This document shows positions 27,500 through 37,238 of a stretch of DNA of 47,646 nucleotides, piece after piece; within the stretch, counting starts at the first letter, position 1; each line of letters opens with the position of its first letter. The translations under genes were made by a program, and so were the position numbers. Origin of the DNA: a virus (taxonomy: Duplodnaviria; Caudoviricetes); the IMG/VR virus record IMGVR_UViG_3300030397_000890, positions 1-47,646 of that record, one strand, 5' to 3'. The notes beneath the pieces are model-generated. The model searched no databases. It saw nothing but the letters and a program-made list of their open reading frames with translations, and had not been told where the DNA came from.

Positions 27500-28696
27500 A
27501 TGGCTGTTAAACAATCGGTATTTATTGATAATAATCCCCCAGCATGTGATGCGCTGTTTTTAAACTCCGTTCGCTCTGAAATAAACAATACTATTACACA
27601 ATCCGGTCAGTCATTAGACGTAAGTGATACATTTCAGCTTAGTAAAGCAATCTCGCAAAATTTAGCCATTGGTACCTGGTATACTGATTCTGGCGTTGCT
27701 GACGCTTATGTTCTTAGCATTACTGGTAGCCTGCAAGCGCCAATTAATTATCAAGATGGTATGTTAGTTCGTTTCCGTCCTGGTAACACAAACACAGGTT
27801 CATCTACTGTAAACGTAGCAACACTAGGCGTTAAAACAATCAAAAAAGAAGATGGTACAACAGACCCATCAGGTGGTGATTTACCACAAGACCGCGATAT
27901 TTTGTTAGCCTTTGATTCAGGCAATGATGTTTTTAGAATTGTTGTTGTTGCTGGTGCTGGTGGCGGCGGCGGTGGTGGTACCGTAACAAGTGTTGGTAGT
28001 GGTGTTGGCTTAACTGGTGGGCCAATTACAGGTTCGGGCACACTAGACGTTGACCTAAGCACTCTTGTAACAGAAAACACAATTGATGGGGCTAATGATA
28101 CTATTTCATTTTATGACAATAGTGCTGCTGCAATGCGTAAAACGACAGTTGATAACTTTGCAACTGCTATTGGTTCATCTGGTGCTTATACAGAACTTAG
28201 TTCCACTGACTTTTCTGGTGTTACTCAAGTTGATATTACAGCCAATATTAATAGTACATATAAATTATATTTGCTAACACTGAGTAATTTTACAGGGACT
28301 GCTGGGGGATCAATTGACGTTAGAGTGAGTAGCAATGGTGGATCGACATACGCTTCAAGTGTAAATGATTACAAATGGCGCTTTACTAGCTCTGAAACGT
28401 CAGGGAGCGACTTTATACAGAATGATGCAACAACTGCAACGGCTGTAAGGGTTGCAACTGCTTTGGGTAGCTCTGCTAGTGATCATGCATGGCTTAATAT
28501 TTATATGTCAAACCCAGCAAATGCTGCAAAGAAAACTAACTTTCGATGGGACGGATCGACAGTGTCATCTAGCCTTGGAAAGGCATATAACCAAGGAACA
28601 GGTCATCGTGAAGTTGCTGAAGTTACAAATGCTATACGTGTTCTTTTTACAGCTGGGACTATGTCAGGAACATTAACTTTAATTGGGATTAAATAA
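27500..28696 (+). CDS. Tail fibre protein
   Basis: LNSVRSEINNTITQSGQSL...QL, Y.DGM.VRF...NTGSSTVNV, GTVTSVGSGVGLTGGPIT; follows gp48. Confidence 0.85.
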   Translation: MAVKQSVFIDNNPPACDALFLNSVRSEINNTITQSGQSLDVSDTFQLSKAISQNLAIGTWYTDSGVADAYVLSITGSLQAPINYQDGMLVRFRPGNTNTGSSTVNVATLGVKTIKKEDGTTDPSGGDLPQDRDILLAFDSGNDVFRIVVVAGAGGGGGGGTVTSVGSGVGLTGGPITGSGTLDVDLSTLVTENTIDGANDTISFYDNSAAAMRKTTVDNFATAIGSSGAYTELSSTDFSGVTQVDITANINSTYKLYLLTLSNFTGTAGGSIDVRVSSNGGSTYASSVNDYKWRFTSSETSGSDFIQNDATTATAVRVATALGSSASDHAWLNIYMSNPANAAKKTNFRWDGSTVSSSLGKAYNQGTGHREVAEVTNAIRVLFTAGTMSGTLTLIGIK

Positions 28697-29178
28697 TGAC
28701 AAAACTAGCTATAGACAATGATGGTAATGTAGTAGAAGTGTCTGATGACACACCTACAAAAGTGAAAGATGGTATTAATTATTTGCTTACATCAGAAGAG
28801 CAAGCTGAATATGATGCAACATTACAGGCTAGTATTTTGCCAACGGCACAAGATTCTAAGATTGTTGAGTTAAAGGCATTTTTAGACACCGATGGTGCAC
28901 GCAATGTGACACATGAGGGGAATACTGTACGTACAAGTGAATATTCAGTTAATGGCAGTTCTGCAAAGCGCAATAGTAGTATTGATATTATCTGGTACTA
29001 TGATAACGATACAAGTGCAGTTCTGACTCCAACACAAGTTGCCGATCTAAATAATATTGTTATTGCGCGTGATCAATATTTACGTGATTATTACAATCAG
29101 CAGAAGGCAGCAATTATGGCATTGTCAGATGTAAATAGTGTAGAATCATTTGATGTAACTGCAGCTTGGGGCCCATAA
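28696..29178 (+). CDS. Tail fibre-associated protein (DUF4376-like)
   Basis: W...DN....LT..Q...L pattern and KAAIMAL...W C-terminus; follows the fibre gene. Confidence 0.6.
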   Translation: MTKLAIDNDGNVVEVSDDTPTKVKDGINYLLTSEEQAEYDATLQASILPTAQDSKIVELKAFLDTDGARNVTHEGNTVRTSEYSVNGSSAKRNSSIDIIWYYDNDTSAVLTPTQVADLNNIVIARDQYLRDYYNQQKAAIMALSDVNSVESFDVTAAWGP

Positions 29179-29577
29179 ATGTCATGTCAGGACAACGACA
29201 ACGTACAGTTGATAATCTATAAGGATACGACGTTTATAAGGAACTTGCAGTTCAAGGAAACGACGATCGACACGTTGACGGGAAATATTAGCGAAGCGCC
29301 AATTGATATTACAGGCTACACGTTTGATTTGCAGGCACGGACAAGTGTTTCAAGCACAACAATTGCATTTCAGTTTGATACGGTTGGCGACAAAGAGGGT
29401 GTGATCACGCTAACTGCGCCTACTGAAGGCAAGATTGAAATTAAAATGACGGATACAAATACAAGTAATCTTACAGCTGGAACTTACGTATATGATTTAC
29501 AATGGACTGATACCAGCGCTAATGTAAAGCGGTTGATGGCTGGCGATATTATAGTAAGGGAAAGTGTGACACGGTAA
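29179..29577 (+). CDS. Ig-like virion adaptor (BppU-N-like)
   Basis: PIDITGYTFDLQAR...GKI.I...T..L....YVYDL...VKRLM.G.I.V...VTR. Confidence 0.7.
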   Translation: MSCQDNDNVQLIIYKDTTFIRNLQFKETTIDTLTGNISEAPIDITGYTFDLQARTSVSSTTIAFQFDTVGDKEGVITLTAPTEGKIEIKMTDTNTSNLTAGTYVYDLQWTDTSANVKRLMAGDIIVRESVTR

Positions 29578-29581
29578 TGGA

Positions 29582-29752
29582 ATGGATATCAAAATATATG
29601 ACATCACCCCAGGGCTTAAAATCATTGATGATTCGGTCGTAATAGCTGAAGTCAATTTTTTTGATAATATCATCCCGCTTACCGAGAAAACACGTAAGAT
29701 ACTTATTAATGATACTTTTTTTATAACTGTAATTGATGGTGGTACATACTAA
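29582..29752 (+). CDS. 56-aa peptide ending IDGGTY (not in ORF track)
   Basis: MDIKIYDITPG...FITVIDGGTY*; TAATG-coupled to the next gene. Confidence 0.7.
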   Translation: MDIKIYDITPGLKIIDDSVVIAEVNFFDNIIPLTEKTRKILINDTFFITVIDGGTY

Positions 29753-30717
29753 TGGTACAGACAATACTAGTAAAACGTAGGGCGGGTTCTGGTGCTCCAG
29801 TAGGCGGAACCTTTGGTGAAATCTCTTATTCGGCAACGGATAACATCTTTAGGGTGTATGATGGTACAGTTTGGCAGGGGTTCGCCTCATTAGACTCCCC
29901 TGCTTTTACAGGTACTCCTACAGCTCCAACAGCAGCTCCAGGAACCAATACAACGCAAATAGCAACGACAGCATTTGTGCAAGACGCCGTAGCTGGTAGC
30001 GTTGAAAGTATCGACTGGAAAGAATCAGTTGAGCTTACTTCTGATGCCAATACTAATTGGACAACTACTGCCACAGCCAACTATGTGACTGGCACTGGCA
30101 TCTTGACAATAAGTAATCTAACTGCTGGTGTCTCGCGAGGTTTAATTGATGGTGTGGAGCCTGTAGATAACGATCGCATTTTGCTAAAAGATGTACAGAG
30201 TCTGCTGACAGTTACAACAGATGGTGGGGCGGAGGGTACACCTGCAAAATATAACTGTTTGTGGGAAGTGACAGGCGGTACTGCTTCAAGCTTAACTTTG
30301 CAGCGCACAAGTGATGCTAATACCGATGCAAAAGTAACTAATGGTTTGACTATCGCAAGCACAAATGCAGGTTCTGTTAATACAAACAAGCGCTTTATTC
30401 TAACAACGGCTGATCCAATTACACTTAATACTACAGCTCTAATATTTAGTGAACTTACAAATACAAGCTTTACTGCTGGTGATGGTATTGATATTACTGC
30501 TGGCACTATTAGTGTTGTTGTAGCTGACTTTGCAGGCACAGGTCTTGAAGATGATGGTTCAAATAACCTACGTGTTAAGGCAGATATTACTACAGGCGCT
30601 ACTGTAGCACCTGTTTCAGTGACTGCAAATGGCGTGGGTGTATCAGTTGATAATACATCCATTATCCATACTGGTGGTACTCTTGAAGTTGAAATAGTCG
30701 ATGGTGGCACTTACTAG
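29752..30717 (+). CDS. Fibre-like virion protein
   Basis: SPAFTGTPTAPTAAPGTNTTQIATTAFV repeat; DWKESV...DRILLKD domain; ends VDGGTY. Confidence 0.8.
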   Translation: MVQTILVKRRAGSGAPVGGTFGEISYSATDNIFRVYDGTVWQGFASLDSPAFTGTPTAPTAAPGTNTTQIATTAFVQDAVAGSVESIDWKESVELTSDANTNWTTTATANYVTGTGILTISNLTAGVSRGLIDGVEPVDNDRILLKDVQSLLTVTTDGGAEGTPAKYNCLWEVTGGTASSLTLQRTSDANTDAKVTNGLTIASTNAGSVNTNKRFILTTADPITLNTTALIFSELTNTSFTAGDGIDITAGTISVVVADFAGTGLEDDGSNNLRVKADITTGATVAPVSVTANGVGVSVDNTSIIHTGGTLEVEIVDGGTY

Positions 30718-30738
30718 TTAATAGTAATGAGGTAGTAG

Positions 30739-31170
30739 ATGGGACAGACAATACAGAACAGACGAACTCTTTCTTCTGGCTTTCCATCTGCTACTAATCC
30801 TAAATTTGGTGAATTAAATTATAAGGAAGATACTAATGATCTTGCTATAGGAAATAGTGCTGAAACAGGCTGGAATCTTATTGCTGGAACTACATGGCAT
30901 CAAACTATTAACCAACTTGTACACAACCTTTCTGAAGATGCATTTGTTGAATACACATATAGCGGCTCAAAAGTAACAGATGTTATTGCGTGGACAGATG
31001 CAGGAAAGACTGTCAAAATACGTGAAACTAATTTAACATATACAGGAACGCGCGTGACAACGGAAGTAAACAAGCAATATGATGATGCTGGTGTTTTAAT
31101 CGAAACTGAAACTAATACTTACGTTTATAGTGGTTCAAAGGTGCAGAATATAACGGTTGTTAAATCATGA
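30739..31170 (+). CDS. Putative virion protein
   Basis: N-terminal QTIQNRR...P...GEL motif; three YTYSGSKV-like repeats. Confidence 0.7.
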   Translation: MGQTIQNRRTLSSGFPSATNPKFGELNYKEDTNDLAIGNSAETGWNLIAGTTWHQTINQLVHNLSEDAFVEYTYSGSKVTDVIAWTDAGKTVKIRETNLTYTGTRVTTEVNKQYDDAGVLIETETNTYVYSGSKVQNITVVKS

Positions 31171-31763
31171 CGAATTTTTCAGTTATACAGGGTCTAGTTG
31201 GTTTAGTTGATGCAAATGATAACGAAGCAGTCATTAATGCAAGTGGAGAATTAAAAGTAGCGTTAGATGCAACAGCTTCATTAGGAAAAATAAAAATTGA
31301 AGGTGATCCAAGCGGCAACCTTGCGGATGTAAGCTCAAGTGGAGAGCTAAAGGTAGTACAAGCGCCACCAACCCCGCCACCTGGAACCACGCCATTTAAC
31401 ATTATAGCAAGTGGCAATTTAGGCGGGAATGCTAATGGATATGATACTTTTACTATTCCAAACGGTACTAACGCAATAGTACAAACATTTAAGGCATCAG
31501 CGGAAGGTGAATCAAGATCTAAATGTGAGCTATATAGCGATCCTTTAGGAGTTGATGCAACTGGGCCAAATGGTGGTGATAATATACCAGCTTCATGGGT
31601 ACTTATTGACGTAACTTATACTGATAATAATAAGAATGTTAGTCCACAATCTGAAGATGTTAGTTATCCTGGAGATGGAACAGCAAGAATTGTTTTGCGT
31701 CGTAAGCGCTTAGAAGGTGGTGGTCGTGAAATATTTGGCAGAATAGATGGATATTACTCATGA
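31167..31763 (+). CDS. Putative virion protein
   Basis: Two A.(I/V)..SGELKV repeats, then a beta-rich domain; ATGA overlap. Confidence 0.65.
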   Translation: MTNFSVIQGLVGLVDANDNEAVINASGELKVALDATASLGKIKIEGDPSGNLADVSSSGELKVVQAPPTPPPGTTPFNIIASGNLGGNANGYDTFTIPNGTNAIVQTFKASAEGESRSKCELYSDPLGVDATGPNGGDNIPASWVLIDVTYTDNNKNVSPQSEDVSYPGDGTARIVLRRKRLEGGGREIFGRIDGYYS

Positions 31764-32182
31764 GTACTTTTGATAAGAATTTTCGCATACAACGAATGAC
31801 TGATGGGCAGTCAATTACTAGTCAAACTCAATATACAACTGTCTATGAATATACGGGTAGTGGTGTATTCTTTGATATTATTTTTATTACAAGCAGTAAG
31901 CGTGTAATATGTCAGTTTGAGATTGATGATGAACCAGTAATTGAAGAGTTCAATTTGCGTGACTTTGAAACGGAAGGCAGTTTAGATTTTCCAAGGGACG
32001 CTGATACATCACTGTTTACGTTTGAGTATTTATTTGATGAAGGTGATGGTGATGCCTTTAGATTTAGCATGCGAACAAATCCTATTGAATTTGCTTCAAG
32101 TGTTAGATTAAAATTAAAGAAACAAGCAAACAACAGCGTTGAACTGAATGCTGGTATGGTTGCAATACAGTTAAATTCGTAG
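31760..32182 (+). CDS. Hypothetical protein
   Basis: 140 aa beta-rich; ATGA overlap. Confidence 0.65.
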   Translation: MSTFDKNFRIQRMTDGQSITSQTQYTTVYEYTGSGVFFDIIFITSSKRVICQFEIDDEPVIEEFNLRDFETEGSLDFPRDADTSLFTFEYLFDEGDGDAFRFSMRTNPIEFASSVRLKLKKQANNSVELNAGMVAIQLNS

Positions 32183-32188
32183 GTTGTC

Positions 32189-32851
32189 ATGATGGGTATT
32201 TATTTAAGTTGGACAGACTTTAAGAATGAAATAAGCAGCAGAAGCATTATTCCACAGTGGCAATTAGATAGATCGGGATTTTATAGCATTTGTGGCAATG
32301 ATGGGTATATCAAGTTCTTATGTAAGCTTGATAGTGATGATACGGGCAATGCTGATCTAATTGACTTTGAAAATAATTATAAGGATGATTGGAATAAACA
32401 ATTAGAGTTCCATGATAACGGTGGCATGCAGCAGTTTGTTAGTTCGCCAAGACCCCCTGGAATGACTACCTATTATACAAGTAATGGGGACAATTTGGGC
32501 GTTGGCGATGGCAATGAACTTAAATTCCATTTATTAGCTACTGATGCACAGAAACAAGTGGATTTAGTTTTTAATGAAGATGTTTATCTAAAAGATGGAT
32601 TTATTAATACAGAAAATGCCCCCTTTGGTGCAACATTTGAACTTGAAGTTGTTCACCCAATAGCTGGCGTTGTTGGTAGTTTTTGTCGAGCAGTACAGAT
32701 TTATCAAAGTGGACTTACCAATTTTGATAGCGAAGACAAAGCACATTTGCCAGCAGGTATGATGTTAAGAGCTATAGTGAACAACGCGTCTACTGGCGCT
32801 GAATTTAGACTTATTGGCGTAATAGAAATGTTTAGGACAACGACAGTATGA
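32189..32851 (+). CDS. Hypothetical protein
   Basis: 220 aa ORF in operon. Confidence 0.65.
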   Translation: MMGIYLSWTDFKNEISSRSIIPQWQLDRSGFYSICGNDGYIKFLCKLDSDDTGNADLIDFENNYKDDWNKQLEFHDNGGMQQFVSSPRPPGMTTYYTSNGDNLGVGDGNELKFHLLATDAQKQVDLVFNEDVYLKDGFINTENAPFGATFELEVVHPIAGVVGSFCRAVQIYQSGLTNFDSEDKAHLPAGMMLRAIVNNASTGAEFRLIGVIEMFRTTTV

Positions 32852-33384
32852 AGATAGTTATAGGATTTTCTAAACCAAAAAGATTTAAAATAGGTTCGTG
32901 GCTAATAAGGAAATTTGATCGTGTTGAATTTTCCCACGTATATATCCTATTTAAATCAACTTATTTCACGCCAGAAAATCAACTTATCTACCATGCTAGC
33001 GGCACTCAAGTAAATTTCCTTTCGATTGCTAATTTCCATCTAGAGCATCGTACCGTAAAAACCTATGAGTTTGATGTAGATAAGGACATAAAAAAGAAAA
33101 TGGTCAATTATGCAGCTTCCAAGGCAGGAAAGCCCTATGGTTTTGCTCAGCTTCTTGGATTCGTATATATTCGTTTTATGCATATGTTTGGCGTGCAAGC
33201 TAACAACCCATTTGGTGAAAGTGGTTATGTTTGTACTGAGTTGGTTGCAGAGTTACTAAAAAAGAACCTACTTTTGTCTGTAAAAAAGGATACAAATGAC
33301 ATAACATTGCGTGATTTAGATATAATTCTGGGGGATTATGATAGACAAGTTAACACAGAGGGAGCTAGAAGAGCAGATATATAA
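32848..33384 (+). CDS. Permuted papain-like (YiiX/YaeF, NlpC/P60) amidase
   Basis: FSHVYI (His) N-terminal, GKPYG, YVCTELVA (Cys) C-terminal: the permuted catalytic order. Confidence 0.8.
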   Translation: MKIVIGFSKPKRFKIGSWLIRKFDRVEFSHVYILFKSTYFTPENQLIYHASGTQVNFLSIANFHLEHRTVKTYEFDVDKDIKKKMVNYAASKAGKPYGFAQLLGFVYIRFMHMFGVQANNPFGESGYVCTELVAELLKKNLLLSVKKDTNDITLRDLDIILGDYDRQVNTEGARRADI

Positions 33385-34741
33385 GTACAATCTGTCATTC
33401 TTTATACGTCGTGTATTTAGAACGGTTGATCCTGCTAGTACCTACAGTCACAACTGGCATATCGATATTATTAGTGAATATCTTGAGGCGTGTAGACGCA
33501 AAGAAGTAAAGCGGTTGCTTATCAACATGCCACCGCGTAGCCTGAAGTCAATCAGTGCAAGCGTTGCCTTTCCTGCCTTTATATTAGGCCACAATCCTAA
33601 AGATAGGGTTATGGTAGCTAGTTATAGTCAAAAGCTTTCATTTGACCATTCTTTGGCAACTAGGCACGTAATTACTAGTGATTGGTATCAGCGACTTTTT
33701 CCTGACACAATGCTTGCTAGAGATCAAAATGAAAAGAGTAGGTTTCAGACGACAGAGCAGGGTATGCGCATGGCGACATCTGTAGGAAGTTCAACTACAG
33801 GGTTTGGAGCTTCTTACTTAATTACTGATGACGCGCACGACCCTGGTGGTGCAGAATCTGATGTACAAAGGCAAACGGCGATAGATTGGTTTGATCAAAC
33901 TTACAGCACTCGTTTAAACAATCGAAAAGAAGATGTTATGATTGTTGTCATGCAGCGTTTGCATTCAAAGGATCTATCTGGGCATCTATTAGAGGCAGGT
34001 GGATGGGAGCATTTATGCCTTCAGGCAGAAGCAGAAGAGCGCAAGACTTACTCGTTTGGGGGTTTTACCAAGACTGTAGAAAAAGGTGAGCTCATGCATC
34101 CTGATCGTCTTGGCGAAAGAGAGCTGGAGCAATTAAAGCAGCAACTGAAACATGGTTATTATGGACAATTCCAACAACGACCTACTCCACGAGGTGGAGG
34201 CATCATAGAACTTAAATGGTTTAAGCGTTATAACGTTGCTCCAGAAAACCCAACGATGATAGTACAGAGTTGGGACACTGCCCACAAGGCTAATGCTGGT
34301 AGTGATTACTCGGTTTGTGCTACTTTTGCTCAAACTGCGAACGGTCATTATCTCTTGGATATATATAGGGCACAATTGGAATATCCTGATTTAAAAAGAA
34401 CTGTGTCATCACTTCATCAAAAGTATATGCCACATACTGTATTAATAGAGGATAAAGCAAGTGGTCAGTCATTGCTTCAAGACTTTGCTAGAGATGGAAA
34501 CATGAGTTGTATTGCCATTAAACCAGACAAGGACAAGGTGACACGTGCCTCAACTGCGAGTGGTATGATTGAAGGGGGAAACGTCTATTTGCCCGAGAAG
34601 GCTGCGTGGCTTGTAGACTTTGAAAATGAAGTGGAAACATTTCCACGCGGAGCACATGACGATATGGTTGATGCCATTACCCAATATCTTAATTGGATCC
34701 GCTTAAAACAAGGTATTACGCCAAGTATAAGGATGCTTTAA
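33338..34741 (+). CDS. terL: Terminase large subunit
   Basis: LLINMPPRSLKS Walker A variant, ITDDAH Walker B, VMQRLH, QQRP, QSWDTA, IEDKASG, HDDMVDA nuclease. Confidence 0.95.
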   Translation: MIDKLTQRELEEQIYKYNLSFFIRRVFRTVDPASTYSHNWHIDIISEYLEACRRKEVKRLLINMPPRSLKSISASVAFPAFILGHNPKDRVMVASYSQKLSFDHSLATRHVITSDWYQRLFPDTMLARDQNEKSRFQTTEQGMRMATSVGSSTTGFGASYLITDDAHDPGGAESDVQRQTAIDWFDQTYSTRLNNRKEDVMIVVMQRLHSKDLSGHLLEAGGWEHLCLQAEAEERKTYSFGGFTKTVEKGELMHPDRLGERELEQLKQQLKHGYYGQFQQRPTPRGGGIIELKWFKRYNVAPENPTMIVQSWDTAHKANAGSDYSVCATFAQTANGHYLLDIYRAQLEYPDLKRTVSSLHQKYMPHTVLIEDKASGQSLLQDFARDGNMSCIAIKPDKDKVTRASTASGMIEGGNVYLPEKAAWLVDFENEVETFPRGAHDDMVDAITQYLNWIRLKQGITPSIRML

Positions 34742-34789
34742 ATGTTGCATTATTTTTGTTAACATGTACTTTCTAATTAAGAGGTAATT

Positions 34790-34987
34790 ATGAAGAACCT
34801 GTTTGACATGATAAGCGGTGCATTTGTCGATAATTTGCTAAAAACGCTATTTAGTATTGTTATATTTGGGCTAATATCCCTGGTAACCTACAATTTGTAC
34901 CACTCAATGGATTTGATTATCATTGTTAAGTGGGTTTTGTTGATTATACTCTTATATGCTGCCTACGTTTATATTAATAAGGATTAA
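34790..34987 (+). CDS. Small 2-TM membrane protein
   Basis: Two hydrophobic segments; GAGG RBS. Confidence 0.65.
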   Translation: MKNLFDMISGAFVDNLLKTLFSIVIFGLISLVTYNLYHSMDLIIIVKWVLLIILLYAAYVYINKD

Positions 34988-34989
34988 GT

Positions 34990-36285
34990 ATGTTTGGTTT
35001 TAAGAACTTTTCAACTAAGGGTAATCTACCGTCTAAAGAAGTCAAAAGCTCAAGTTTGTATGATTACACATATGTTCTTACCAATAAAGGTCAGATACAA
35101 GCACTAAACAACGATAACATTCAGCTGATCATTGCTAACTATGAAACCATTGCACCGTTATATAGTGCTGTTACTGCTGTTTCATCTGCTGTTGGAGGAC
35201 TTCCACTTGTGGTTAAAACTAAGGATGGACAGATCATCAAAGATCATCCTGTATTAGATTTAATCAACTCACCAAATAAAGAAGAGCAGCAAACCAAAGA
35301 AGCGTTGATGTCGCAGTTGACCATTTGGCGTATCATTGAAGGGGATGCTTACTTAGAAGCTACAGGTTCAATTGATCGCGAACCGCAGGAATTGTTTATT
35401 CTTAAGCCGCAGAATATGAATATACAAACTGATGGCACTGGTTTTGCTCAAACCTATCGTTTTAACTCAAATAGCCTTACACAAACCTTTACTAAGCAGC
35501 GTGTGACGGGAAGAATTGTTGAAGACAACGATCAGGCTGAGCTATTACATATCAAAAACTTTAATCCAAGGGTGGCATCAGTCGATCCTACTGGCATGTC
35601 AGAAGTTATGCCATTATTCTTCGAAGTTCGCCAATACTTAGAATCAAGCAACCATAATCTATCTTTATTAGAAAATGGTGCACGTCCAAGTGGAGCTTTA
35701 ACAATCACCAACACCCAAACTGGTATGCCTGCCTCATTAACAGAAGAGCAGTTTGCACGACTTAAGCGTCAGGTAACAGATTGTTATGAGGGATCAGACA
35801 ACTCTGGTCGCCCAATGATTTTAGAGGGTGGTTTAGCTTGGCAGGAAATGGGGCTATCTCCCAGAGACATGGACTTTCATAATTTAAAGCGTGAGGCAGA
35901 ACAACAAATCTATAAGGGTCTTGGTGTTCCCATCCAAATGAAAACTGACGCAGGTAGTACGTTTAACAATAAAGCGGAAGCGCGTTTGGAGTTTTATGAA
36001 AATAGGGTATTTCCTCTTGCAGATGAAATCTTGAGTGCAATGACAGATTTCCTGATGCCTCGTTATGACAACACAGGCCAATTAAACTTGGCAGTTGATA
36101 AGCAGAATGTTGATGCATTGGCGGTCAAACGCGCAGCAAGAACAGAGATGATTACAACTAATACTGTATTGACACTAAATGAAAAGCGTGAGGAACTTGG
36201 TTTTGCACCGGTTGAGGGTGGCGATCAAGTATTTACCACAGCAGGACTACCAATTGCAGGGGATGTAATTGACGAGGAGGTCTAA
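34990..36285 (+). CDS. Portal protein, HK97 family
   Basis: LLHIKNFNP, LLENGARPSGAL, NSGRPMILEGGLAWQEMGLSPRDMDF, LTLNEKREELG..PVEGGD. Confidence 0.95.
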   Translation: MFGFKNFSTKGNLPSKEVKSSSLYDYTYVLTNKGQIQALNNDNIQLIIANYETIAPLYSAVTAVSSAVGGLPLVVKTKDGQIIKDHPVLDLINSPNKEEQQTKEALMSQLTIWRIIEGDAYLEATGSIDREPQELFILKPQNMNIQTDGTGFAQTYRFNSNSLTQTFTKQRVTGRIVEDNDQAELLHIKNFNPRVASVDPTGMSEVMPLFFEVRQYLESSNHNLSLLENGARPSGALTITNTQTGMPASLTEEQFARLKRQVTDCYEGSDNSGRPMILEGGLAWQEMGLSPRDMDFHNLKREAEQQIYKGLGVPIQMKTDAGSTFNNKAEARLEFYENRVFPLADEILSAMTDFLMPRYDNTGQLNLAVDKQNVDALAVKRAARTEMITTNTVLTLNEKREELGFAPVEGGDQVFTTAGLPIAGDVIDEEV

Positions 36286-37238
36286 TGCGTTCTGTCACTA
36301 AAGAACCAAAACAAGAGTTTGTAGATCAGTTAGTATCCGATCAAATAAAGCTAGAAGAGCAGTTTGCACCTAAAGTTCGTAAGATGCTTACCGATATGGG
36401 GCAAGATGTTGCTTCTATCTATATTAGCACTCGCACTATTATACCTTTAGATAACTATCGGCCACAGATGATTACATTGCTCAGAGATCACTACCGAAGA
36501 GTAATACCAAAATTTGGCTACTTCTTACGTGATCGTATTGCTGGCAGTAAGTCCAAAAGGGAGCTAATGCATAAATTTGTTCATTGGGTATTGAATAAAA
36601 AAAACATCGACGACGATTTCGATACAGAATCAGTTGTTTACATTAATAATCACAGTGAAAACCAAGCTGATATTATCATTGGTAACCAGCAAAATGTCGC
36701 CGAAGATAATATCAATAAGGCACTCATAAGTTTATTGTTACTTATGGGAACGCCTGAATCACAGATTGCCCCAGTTTTACAGTTGGACAGACAAGGCAGA
36801 CGTTCCATCCTGGAAAACATGGTCGATTCTAACGTCACATTTAGCCAGGAGCGCAAAAACCGAGAGCTTCGCAGGTTGATTAACCGTGAAAACAGATTAA
36901 GTGCTGTATCACGCTCTAATGCTATTGCACTAACAGAGACTAACAACTCAATTAACTTTGCGATGGAAACAGAAACAGAGTTGGCACAGAATGACCCCGA
37001 GACAATTGCAGCAGGTGCGGCAGTTGGTGTTGCAGTCGCTAATTTACAGAAGGAGTGGGTGGCCGTGCTTGATAGCCGCACACGTCCAACCCATGTTGCA
37101 GCAGATGGTCAGGTTGTAGGCATAAATGAAAATTTTGTTGTAGGCGGCTATCAAATGCGTTTTCCTACTGACTCAAGTTTGGGTGCACCAGCAGGTGAGA
37201 TTGTTAACTGTCGTTGTAAGTCGATTATTGTGACATGA
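36285..37238 (+). CDS. Minor head morphogenesis protein (Mu F / SPP1 gp7-like)
   Basis: IALTET...KEW....DSRTRPTH...DGQ...F.VGG...P.D...EIVNCRC. Confidence 0.88.
   Translation: MRSVTKEPKQEFVDQLVSDQIKLEEQFAPKVRKMLTDMGQDVASIYISTRTIIPLDNYRPQMITLLRDHYRRVIPKFGYFLRDRIAGSKSKRELMHKFVHWVLNKKNIDDDFDTESVVYINNHSENQADIIIGNQQNVAEDNINKALISLLLLMGTPESQIAPVLQLDRQGRRSILENMVDSNVTFSQERKNRELRRLINRENRLSAVSRSNAIALTETNNSINFAMETETELAQNDPETIAAGAAVGVAVANLQKEWVAVLDSRTRPTHVAADGQVVGINENFVVGGYQMRFPTDSSLGAPAGEIVNCRCKSIIVT

Noticed and set aside
27500-33384. Diversity-generating retroelement or invertible fibre cassette
   Set aside because: No reverse transcriptase or invertase, and no TR/VR duplicate noticed
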